Source: a virus (taxonomy: Duplodnaviria > Caudoviricetes). Taken from it: a stretch of 64,000 nucleotides of DNA. This document shows, piece by piece, positions 30,035 through 37,895 of this stretch. Made by a program: the position numbers and the translations under genes. Below the pieces are notes generated by a model, which worked only from the letters and a program-made list of their open reading frames with translations, ran no database searches and was not told where the DNA came from. Positions within the stretch are counted from its first letter, which is position 1. Each line of letters begins with the position of its first letter. The DNA lies in IMG/VR virus record IMGVR_UViG_3300025707_000003, positions 32,001 to 96,000 of that record; one strand, 5' to 3'.

Positions 30035-30571
30035 TCAAATCTTGAGTGGGTCTCCGTTGTCGTCAAAAAGACGCTCAACATCAAATGAACCATCCTCTGA
30101 TACTTTCATGCTCCATAGGTCTTTGGTCGCTTTGTGTACAAGAGTGGACTCACCACCTGCTTGACTTAAAAAGCTCGCTGAAAGATTAGGTCCACTCAAC
30201 ACAATAAAGTGGTCATTGATGTTTGCCACTTTCATACTCGCTACACGCAAAAAGTTAGCAGGAATACGATCAATCTTATTCCGACCATCGAACTTAACGA
30301 ACACTTCACCATCAAGAGAGGTAACATCACCTGTTGCGGTCTTAACAGATACAACAGTTCCCTTAGTACCAGATGTCGGTAGTTGTCCAGGTAGTATAAC
30401 ACCGTTATTAGTGTGAGATACTACACGCATACCGTCATCAAAGTTAAGTGCTTCTCTTGTGTTCTGACGACCACGATCTGTTAGATCAGAAATCCTAGTT
30501 TCAAGAACCGCGTCCATGCTTGAGGTCTTTTGAAACGACCCGAATACAATGTCATTTTCTTTCATAACCAT
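30035..30571 (-). CDS. Hypothetical late protein
   Basis: 178 aa; class A motif at 30610-30622; contains LRVASMKVA. Confidence 0.7.
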   Translation of the reverse strand: MVMKENDIVFGSFQKTSSMDAVLETRISDLTDRGRQNTREALNFDDGMRVVSHTNNGVILPGQLPTSGTKGTVVSVKTATGDVTSLDGEVFVKFDGRNKIDRIPANFLRVASMKVANINDHFIVLSGPNLSASFLSQAGGESTLVHKATKDLWSMKVSEDGSFDVERLFDDNGDPLKI

Positions 30572-30622
30572 TCTCCTATTGTGAATAGAGTGTTTGATTA
30601 TGTGGGCGATATAAAGAGACTA

Positions 30623-30754
30623 TTAAACTCTCTCGTATTTGAGGACTACCTCAAGGCACTTCTCTGGGTTCATCCAAAGATCACGCTTTAGGAGTTGTTT
30701 GATTTGCTCCTTAATGCTTGTGTGTTTGAGATAAATACTCTCCAACATTCCCAT
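30623..30754 (-). pseudogene. ClpP C-terminal remnant (43 aa)
   Basis: MGMLESIYLKHTSIKEQIKQLLKRDLWMNPEKCLE resembles the ClpP C-terminal segment (IY..hT......l..D.wm.aeec); no N-terminal catalytic region. Confidence 0.4.
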
Positions 30755-30772
30755 AAGTCCATCGACTCTTTC

Positions 30773-31195
30773 TCATCTACTCTCACGAATAATGTAAAAA
30801 CCCTCTAACCAAGCTAAAACTAGAGGTCTTAGCGATTTTGTTGCTATTGGGGAAAAACAATCTGGCATTTTCCGATGCCCTAAGATGCAGTGGTCTTTTT
30901 TATACGAAAGGCAGTGGTCTTTTTCATCACACGCTTTGGATACATCGAGGAGTTTTAGACATCCTCTCGGATCTCTAAGGTTTTGGTTCATCAGTGGTGT
31001 TGTGAACCCTCTCATCGCTTGATCAAGTACTTCGTGAGACACTTCGGGTATTAAACGCTCAACAGATGTTCCTATCAAGTCCGAAAACTCTCCCCAATTT
31101 GTACTCTCATATGGAAGGATCTTAGCAATCTTAGGGTTATTCCAGTTTTTATCCTTGAGTGTCATAAAGATTAGCCCATCTCTACGATACATCAT
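30773..31195 (-). CDS. Hypothetical Cys-containing protein
   Basis: 140 aa ORF, tightly packed with its neighbours. Confidence 0.65.
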   Translation of the reverse strand: MMYRRDGLIFMTLKDKNWNNPKIAKILPYESTNWGEFSDLIGTSVERLIPEVSHEVLDQAMRGFTTPLMNQNLRDPRGCLKLLDVSKACDEKDHCLSYKKDHCILGHRKMPDCFSPIATKSLRPLVLAWLEGFYIIRESR

Positions 31196-31515
31196 TAATG
31201 ATATACCTTTGATTCTTCAATCGCTTTGATCTCTTCTAAGCAAAGGTTAGCTAGGTCTTCTGTTAAGATCCCCTCTGAGGTTAGATGATCCACCACCAAA
31301 GGGAGGACAGTACCTATAAGTAGTACAGGTTGGTTTTCACCTTGGTTGTCTGGAGTTACTACAACCTGCATTTCTGGGAATATCTCACTGATACCCATCA
31401 TTCGCCCTATGTAGAACCATATCCTAATTAGTTCTTCTTTAGAATCTGATTGATTGACAATCTGATTAAGTATGGTCTGCAATACTGTAACAGGATCTAT
31501 TGAGTCGTTATCCAT
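31195..31515 (-). CDS. Hypothetical protein
   Basis: 106 aa ORF. Confidence 0.6.
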   Translation of the reverse strand: MDNDSIDPVTVLQTILNQIVNQSDSKEELIRIWFYIGRMMGISEIFPEMQVVVTPDNQGENQPVLLIGTVLPLVVDHLTSEGILTEDLANLCLEEIKAIEESKVYH

Positions 31516-31565
31516 GACATATCCCTTCTTTTTGTCAGAAGGGATAATATCTAAAGACTACAAAC

Positions 31566-31856
31566 TTACCTTCCGAACAAACACCTAGATTTTACCTCAT
31601 TGAGCATGGATTCAATCTTATTGAACTGATCTAAAAATTGTTGGTAAGGTAGAAGCACACTTTCACCACTAAGACCATCTAGCATTTCTGAAGCGTCCTC
31701 AAGTAGTTTTTGAACCTCACGATTTTCTCTAAGAAATTCATGACCCACAAAATTCTCTTTGATTGAATAGAGTCTACCTAGATTTTCATCTAGGTTTTCT
31801 TTTACCTTTTGAAACATCTTAGTCTTTGAGAGATGGCGATCAGCGTTTTTCACCAT
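31566..31856 (-). CDS. Hypothetical protein
   Basis: 96 aa ORF overlapping the upstream stop. Confidence 0.55.
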   Translation of the reverse strand: MVKNADRHLSKTKMFQKVKENLDENLGRLYSIKENFVGHEFLRENREVQKLLEDASEMLDGLSGESVLLPYQQFLDQFNKIESMLNEVKSRCLFGR

Positions 31857-33589
31857 CCTTTTTTTTTATTCCTTCTTAGTGAAGCTCTTCTACGACCACC
31901 AGTCATAGCACCATCAAGTTTACGCATAAGTTTCTGTAGACTCTTAATTGCATTGCGAGTACGAACCTCAATAGGTTGACGACCTGCACGACCAGTTCCT
32001 TGGATACGGTCAAGTACGAGTTTAATTTCTGAAGCACTCTCTTGTGAAAGCTGATCTCGGTTAGTGCTGAGTGAACGCTGTGTTGACATAAGTTGTGCAA
32101 CAGCCCTCTCATCAACGATACCGTCCTCGTTAAAAGATGTAATCGCCGCACGAATGACAGAGATAGTATCTGTGATCATACCCTGTGCGTAAGCGATGTC
32201 TTGGTTCTGCCAAGGTCCAGGTGTTGAAGTAAGACCGATAGGGTATTTACCATAGAGAGGTCCACTTTTACGATGTTCACCACGCTGTGAGAACGCAGAG
32301 ACATAACCCTTTTTGAGCTTAGACTTGAGTTGCTTTGCAAAAAACATCTCGGCATCATAAGAGTCCATAAATGATTTGTCAGAACTGCGACCAGTTGAAC
32401 CGAGGCGACCATAAAGAATTTCTACTGTTGAACCATTGATGACCATCTCGTAGAACTTGCTCTTGTTCTCAGACTCACCGATGAGATAAAGCATACAAGA
32501 GGTAGCGTCAGCGATTGAGCGACCATCGTGATAAGCAGTGCCTGAGCGAACTCCTTCAAGTTGTGGTTTACCTGCGGCTTCACGAGTCATGCGAGCTGTA
32601 CGGTTGAGGTTTCCTTCAAGACGAGCAATCCTCATCTCAAGATTTCTGATTACTTCACTAGCTGATTTACGCATAGTGTTTCCTTTCTTTAGAAGCCTTC
32701 TGACTTCATCTTTAGAATAAGAGTTGTTGAGCCTACGCTCATTTCTGTAGATGAGATGACGCAATCGCTTACGCTCCTCATCATTGAGTGAATCAATGCC
32801 TCTACGCTGACCTTTATTGATAAGCATAAAGTCATCTCGTGATAGATTAACATTGGATTTAAGATCTGCAAGTAACTTAGACTCTGGAGAGGACTGACTA
32901 GCAATGATCTCTTCAACTACATTCATTTGTCTTTCAGAGAGCTGAATACGATCTTCAGCTTTAGACTTGAGTTGAGCCAAGAAACGATTACGAGGGTCGA
33001 GTTCAAGTGCTTCTTCAATACGAACGAGCTGATTGTTAGGCTGATTTCCAACCATCTGTACAGCATCAAGCTTTTCGTCTATAACTTCAAGTTGTCTCTC
33101 GGAAAGCTCTCGCCCTCCCATAAGCTGGTCATAAAGGCTTCTGTAGAAACGATTTGTTGGTTGCATTGCGATTAACTCATTGAGTTTCATCAAGATTTCT
33201 TGGTCTGGGTCTTCAATACGCTCTTCAGTATCGATTAGGATCTCTTCTACTCGATACCCAAGAGGTTCTCCGTGTTCAAGATACTCAAGAATACCTTTCC
33301 ACCAATCGCTGTTTGGATTAAGTGCAAGTACTGCTTGCACACGATCAATACTCTCCATATCTCGAAATTTCCCTGGGAAGTCTACCTTTAACTGTATTAA
33401 ACCCTCCCGTATAGACATACCGTCAATGCTTCTCACAAGAGTCACAAGTACAGAGTCCCCTTTTTTATTCAACTTGACTTCAAACTCATCAAAGTTGATC
33501 AAGGCATTGTCTCTCCTAGACTCCATTTCAAGCATCTCTAGTGCTTCGCCTACTGTGGTATTGTAGAATATAATCTGGTTTTCTTTCAT
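31850..33589 (-). CDS. Multidomain protein with internal leader (ATG 32674) followed by a WGR domain
   Basis: Internal MRKSASEVIRNLEMRIARLE; WGR-like SKFYEMVINGSTVEILYGRLGSTG...KLKKGY; class A motif at 33621-33633. Confidence 0.75.
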   Translation of the reverse strand: MKENQIIFYNTTVGEALEMLEMESRRDNALINFDEFEVKLNKKGDSVLVTLVRSIDGMSIREGLIQLKVDFPGKFRDMESIDRVQAVLALNPNSDWWKGILEYLEHGEPLGYRVEEILIDTEERIEDPDQEILMKLNELIAMQPTNRFYRSLYDQLMGGRELSERQLEVIDEKLDAVQMVGNQPNNQLVRIEEALELDPRNRFLAQLKSKAEDRIQLSERQMNVVEEIIASQSSPESKLLADLKSNVNLSRDDFMLINKGQRRGIDSLNDEERKRLRHLIYRNERRLNNSYSKDEVRRLLKKGNTMRKSASEVIRNLEMRIARLEGNLNRTARMTREAAGKPQLEGVRSGTAYHDGRSIADATSCMLYLIGESENKSKFYEMVINGSTVEILYGRLGSTGRSSDKSFMDSYDAEMFFAKQLKSKLKKGYVSAFSQRGEHRKSGPLYGKYPIGLTSTPGPWQNQDIAYAQGMITDTISVIRAAITSFNEDGIVDERAVAQLMSTQRSLSTNRDQLSQESASEIKLVLDRIQGTGRAGRQPIEVRTRNAIKSLQKLMRKLDGAMTGGRRRASLRRNKKKGW

Positions 33590-33646
33590 TATAAGACCCC
33601 TTTGCTTTTAAAAGGGGGGTTATAAATAAACTACAAAAAGGAACAC

Positions 33647-34159
33647 ATGAAAATCTTAAAAGTCACAGCCGAAAAACAAGAGTCTATCAACAGGACACTC
33701 GAAAATATCTTAAGTGAACATCTAATGCTCACACAGATGTACTCTTTCGAGGGGTCAGATAAAGATTTACTACAAGTCGCGGAGTTTTCTTCTACTTGTC
33801 TTGAACACCTTAGTAATATCCTTATTAGCGATACAGACATTACATGGAATTGGAAAGCGTATCAAAAGGCTCGTAAAGACTTCTCCGAGAAGCCTACCCC
33901 TCAAACCAAAGAGAAGTTGATCCTTCATATTCAGTTCAATCTTGGTGTGCATGAGTCATCTCTCCACACAGGGGAAAAGTGGGAGTTAGTAGAGGACAAA
34001 AATGGGTACTTAAAGTTTAAGTCTGTTTACCCTAACAAGTTTCACATAAGTTTGGGTCAGTTAGAGGACTTAAAGAAATCATATCCGTTTGTTGATGATG
34101 TTATATACAATCAAGATGGACTCTACATTCAGTACAACGAGGTGCAAAATGACACATGA
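33647..34159 (+). CDS. Hypothetical protein
   Basis: 170 aa ORF with AAGGA RBS. Confidence 0.65.
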   Translation: MKILKVTAEKQESINRTLENILSEHLMLTQMYSFEGSDKDLLQVAEFSSTCLEHLSNILISDTDITWNWKAYQKARKDFSEKPTPQTKEKLILHIQFNLGVHESSLHTGEKWELVEDKNGYLKFKSVYPNKFHISLGQLEDLKKSYPFVDDVIYNQDGLYIQYNEVQNDT

Positions 34160-34433
34160 TGAGATAATAACCAAATGGCAGTCTTTGTTTACAGACGAGT
34201 ACGGAGAACCGACACTCACATACCTTGAAGTATCTGAGTCTTGGTATCTATTGATTGATACTTTATGTAGTCAGATCCAAAGTCACCTCATGCAAACACC
34301 CGATGTCAGCCCTGTGCAGGTCGTTCAAATCAAAGAGAAGTTTGGAGGGTTGAGGTTTTATACTAACAACCAGGATCTTTACATAGACGGACTAATTCAA
34401 ATGGCTGAGGCTTACAGTTACCATATTGTTTGA
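34149..34433 (+). CDS. Hypothetical phage protein (QIKEKFGGLRFY motif)
   Basis: Start reassigned to ATG 34149 after GAGGT; the motif is common in small phage proteins. Confidence 0.65.
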   Translation: MTHDEIITKWQSLFTDEYGEPTLTYLEVSESWYLLIDTLCSQIQSHLMQTPDVSPVQVVQIKEKFGGLRFYTNNQDLYIDGLIQMAEAYSYHIV

Positions 34434-34473
34434 TAGTTATTTTATACTCTCGCTTTCACAAAGGGAGTATATT

Positions 34474-34740
34474 ATGTCATTACCTAGAGAACGAAAAAGA
34501 GCAGATTATCGAGTGATCGCTCGTATCTTGCAACTGAGTCATGGACAGGGAAACCCAAAAGACTCTTTGCTTGAAAATACTTCTATTGTATTTACTCTAA
34601 AGGGGGGGTCATGGGTATTATTCTTTGAAGGACACCCAAAACACAGCAAACTACTTAAAATAGTGATAAAAGCTGTCGTAAAACATAAGAAGGATCAACA
34701 TGAGCGAAGAAATAGATGCAAAACCAGTCGGGAAGATTAA
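34474..34740 (+). CDS. Hypothetical protein
   Basis: Start reassigned to ATG 34474 after GGGAG; class A motif at 34434-34446. Confidence 0.55.
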   Translation: MSLPRERKRADYRVIARILQLSHGQGNPKDSLLENTSIVFTLKGGSWVLFFEGHPKHSKLLKIVIKAVVKHKKDQHERRNRCKTSRED

Positions 34741-36376
34741 ACCTCGATCTAAAGCAACCACTCGTAAGCTCAGTCCTGCTGAGATGAAATCGAGGGTGAA
34801 GATAGCGATGACTACAGGTGGCTCTATGATGGGGTCGGGTGGAAACTTCTATTCTCCAGAGCTATCGACAGACTTTCTTGAGCTACCTCAAAGTCAAGAC
34901 GAACAACGCAACTACTTTAGGTTCTTCTATCGCACTGACCCATTCGTTGGTCAGGCGATTGACCTACATACAGAGCTACCCCTCTCTAAGATCAGATTAG
35001 GATTACCTAAAGCTCGCAATAGAGATATGGCGTATGAAGCTCTAAGGTTTTGTGAAAAGTGGTCTAAGCGAGTAGGTCTTCTTCATCGGTTAATAGAAAT
35101 CTTACATGAGTTCAATCTACTTGGTGAGGCGTTTGTCTTTTGTGAAGACAATAACCCCGATGTGCCTCAAGAGATCACACATAGTGGTCGAAATGTCCTC
35201 AAAGAAGATGGCGAAGCGTTTACCGAGTGGACTGAGTATGAGGACGCAGATGAACGAGCTTTCAAATGGCTTAAAAGGAATTATAAAGGTTGGACTGGTC
35301 TTAGAATCCTTCCACCAGAGCAAGTTCACATGGAGAGTTTTCCTTTCACTAGTGAGAAGATCATCCAACTTATTCCCGATAGTAAAACTCGTGATGTAGT
35401 TGAACGAGCTTCGGTTAATGACCCCTCTGCTCTTCGTATCGTGGACTCTATGCCAGGTGATGTTGTTGAAGCTATCCGAGATGGTCGCAACATTGATCTC
35501 AACACCGATCCCGATCAAGGTTCATTCGTTTACTATATGGCTCGTAAGAAATCACAATATGAGCCTCGTGGACACTCTATGCTTGAGCGTTGTCTTCGTG
35601 TCCTCGTTTATCGAGATAAGTTAAGACAGGCACAAACCTCAATCGCTTCAAGACACATGACTCCTATCCGTCTTGTTTATGCAGAGGATATGGATGCGTC
35701 TGATGTCGAAGAGTTGAGAGATCAAGTGGATCTTGCATTACAAGACCCAGACTACTCGATCATCGCTAACTTTCAAGTATCTTGGGAAGAAATGGGTGCA
35801 GACTCTCGCTTATTAGAACTATCGGGTGAATATGACATGACCGACCGACAAATGTATGCTGGTCTAGGTGTTACTGAATCTCTGTTGTCGGGTGAGTCTA
35901 GTTATAGTGGCGACAGGATCAACCTAGAAGTCATCAACACACGCTATATGCTTATGCGTGAGGTTCTTCAAGAGATGGTTGAGGAGAACATCTTGAAGCC
36001 AATGTGTAGACGAATGGGTTTCGTTGAAGAAGATGAAGATGGGGATGAAATTGTCGTACACCCAACTCTTAGCTTCACTAGACTTGGATTGCGAGATAAC
36101 CAAGATACCTTTGATGCTCTCTTTAATCTGTATCAGAAGGGTTCATTGGACATTGATGTCATCTTAGAACTTCTTAATGTCGATCCTATGACCACTAAAG
36201 CTAAACTTGAGCGTGATATGTGGACACTCAACGATAGTCAGTTTAATGAGGTTCTTAGAGGGGTCTATGGTGAAGCTGGTCGTATGTTAGCCGAGAATAC
36301 CGAAGCGATTGAACTCATCGCTAAGAATCTTGGCTTAAAGTACAACCCACCAGAAGAAGAAGGTGGTCGTTTCTAA
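34700..36376 (+). CDS. Portal protein (putative)
   Basis: 558 aa, helical; FYRTDPFVGQAIDL N-terminal motif and size are consistent with large-phage portals; downstream of a class A motif. Confidence 0.65.
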   Translation: MSEEIDAKPVGKIKPRSKATTRKLSPAEMKSRVKIAMTTGGSMMGSGGNFYSPELSTDFLELPQSQDEQRNYFRFFYRTDPFVGQAIDLHTELPLSKIRLGLPKARNRDMAYEALRFCEKWSKRVGLLHRLIEILHEFNLLGEAFVFCEDNNPDVPQEITHSGRNVLKEDGEAFTEWTEYEDADERAFKWLKRNYKGWTGLRILPPEQVHMESFPFTSEKIIQLIPDSKTRDVVERASVNDPSALRIVDSMPGDVVEAIRDGRNIDLNTDPDQGSFVYYMARKKSQYEPRGHSMLERCLRVLVYRDKLRQAQTSIASRHMTPIRLVYAEDMDASDVEELRDQVDLALQDPDYSIIANFQVSWEEMGADSRLLELSGEYDMTDRQMYAGLGVTESLLSGESSYSGDRINLEVINTRYMLMREVLQEMVEENILKPMCRRMGFVEEDEDGDEIVVHPTLSFTRLGLRDNQDTFDALFNLYQKGSLDIDVILELLNVDPMTTKAKLERDMWTLNDSQFNEVLRGVYGEAGRMLAENTEAIELIAKNLGLKYNPPEEEGGRF

Positions 36377-36389
36377 TAGTTTATTTATG
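36377..36389 (+). promoter_or_regulatory. Class A motif immediately after the portal stop, heading a leader cassette
   Basis: TAA|tagtttatttatg followed by gtgatcttaagtgatctctttaacc. Confidence 0.6.
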
Positions 36390-36439
36390 AGTGATCTTAA
36401 GTGATCTCTTTAACCACAAACTTGAATGGAGAAACCATT

Positions 36440-36769
36440 ATGAGAAGATCTGCAACCGAAGTTATTAATGACCTTGAGATGAGAATCGCAAGGCTTGAAA
36501 AAGAAGCAAAAGAAGCAAATGATCTTCTTTTTTCGATAAATGAGGATGAGTGGGCAATGCTTGCAGAACTGCACGAAAATTTATCGAGCCGCGGCCCTTT
36601 ACAAGATCTAAAGTCAGGTTTGCCAAGTCATGTTCAGAAAGATTTTTCTAAAGTCTTACAACGAGGTAAGAACGATTATGTTACAAAGGAACTTTTAAAT
36701 TACTCAAAGGCGGTACGAGCCGAGCAATCTAAGTTAAAAGATTCACTCGGCAATATTCTGGGTATCTAA
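36440..36769 (+). CDS. Leader-family protein (MRRSATEVINDLEMRIARLEKEA), 109 aa
   Basis: Start reassigned to ATG 36440; conserved UTR. Confidence 0.8.
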   Translation: MRRSATEVINDLEMRIARLEKEAKEANDLLFSINEDEWAMLAELHENLSSRGPLQDLKSGLPSHVQKDFSKVLQRGKNDYVTKELLNYSKAVRAEQSKLKDSLGNILGI

Positions 36770-36782
36770 TAAGGTTTCTTCT

Positions 36783-37292
36783 TTAAGAGAGAGCCTTATA
36801 TAGCTTCTCCCATTGACGAACCTTTGAGTCCTCTATCGATGAGAGCATATTGAACACCTCCCAATAGCGTAAGGTGTCATCATAATCCTCTCTCCTAGAG
36901 GTTTTCTCGTTTAATAGACCCTCTACCCTACGCACAAGTATTTCTTTGCGTGTAGGGTCTTCATAGGTGTCCTCAAAGATGTCCTTCTTAGGTTCGTACT
37001 TCCACACCTCAAGCCCATACTTACGCTCTAAGGCTGTGCAAGCTCTACCAAAGTCGAGACCCTCTTTCTCCATAACCGTTGCGATGGAGTCTCGTACCTT
37101 ACCACAAGCGAAACAGAACCATGTGTTAGTCTCTGGGTAAACACGGGCAGAAGGTGCATTATCTGAACCATCTCCATGTAGATCACAACGGAACTGTTGT
37201 TGGTGATCTCGACCATGTACATCATAGTTGTAGGCACTCAAGACAGACAGGATGGGGATCTTTTCTTTAATCCTATCTGCTCTCTTGCTCAT
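36783..37292 (-). CDS. Stand-alone CHC2 zinc-finger (primase Zn-binding domain) protein
   Basis: CDLHGDG...WFCFACG...EGLDFGRA matches the DnaG N-terminal CHC2 domain; no TOPRIM domain. Confidence 0.8.
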   Translation of the reverse strand: MSKRADRIKEKIPILSVLSAYNYDVHGRDHQQQFRCDLHGDGSDNAPSARVYPETNTWFCFACGKVRDSIATVMEKEGLDFGRACTALERKYGLEVWKYEPKKDIFEDTYEDPTRKEILVRRVEGLLNEKTSRREDYDDTLRYWEVFNMLSSIEDSKVRQWEKLYKALS

Positions 37293-37522
37293 TTCGCACC
37301 TTTTCTCATCACTCTTCTTAGTGTGCCGTAGCGTTCGTTACTCATACTTTTTATGATACAGTCACCCAACTTTAACTCGGTTGGTGGGGGTTTTTTATCT
37401 ACATAGATTGTGAGTTTATTTAACTCACAAATGTGAACCTCCACTATTCGTGTGGAGTTCAAAAAAATCATGTACCCCAATAACGCAATAAATGTGATTA
37501 GTCCTAGTGCGTCATAATTCAT
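37289..37522 (-). CDS. Small membrane protein
   Basis: 77 aa with an N-terminal hydrophobic helix. Confidence 0.5.
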   Translation of the reverse strand: MNYDALGLITFIALLGYMIFLNSTRIVEVHICELNKLTIYVDKKPPPTELKLGDCIIKSMSNERYGTLRRVMRKGAK

Positions 37523-37693
37523 CTCATTCTCCTTTTACTTCGTACTTCTTTAATCAGTTATATATTTTAGGTGACAAAACACCCCGACTCTCCTAAGAGA
37601 AGCCGAAGTGTCGGGCAAGTGAGCTGACCTCGCCAAGCATATCTGAGTCTGCGTAAAGCCCAATCGCGAGAAGAATCTCACATCCTGGCTCAA

Positions 37694-37767
37694 CCCCCCC
37701 TTTTGGGATTGAACCTACGACATGAGGTCAGAATCACTCATATCGACCACTACCCAATCTAGGGAGG
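37694..37767 (-). ncRNA. Degenerate tRNA-like element (Gln-CTG-like loop)
   Basis: 74 nt; 7 bp acceptor cctccct/agggggg, 4 bp D-stem attg/cgat with GG loop, GGTTCAATCC T-loop, gattctgac loop; T and anticodon stems are imperfect and there is no CCA; class B motif upstream at 37833-37848. Confidence 0.4.
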
Positions 37768-37895
37768 TTTACCTTTACAACAGCATAAAGGCTTTGTCGT
37801 GGGTTAGTGGTATCACCCAACTGTATTATACAATAAATAAGGGGTTACAGTTATAGTTTATTTATCATCACACAAGGTAAAGTAAAGGGGTCATC

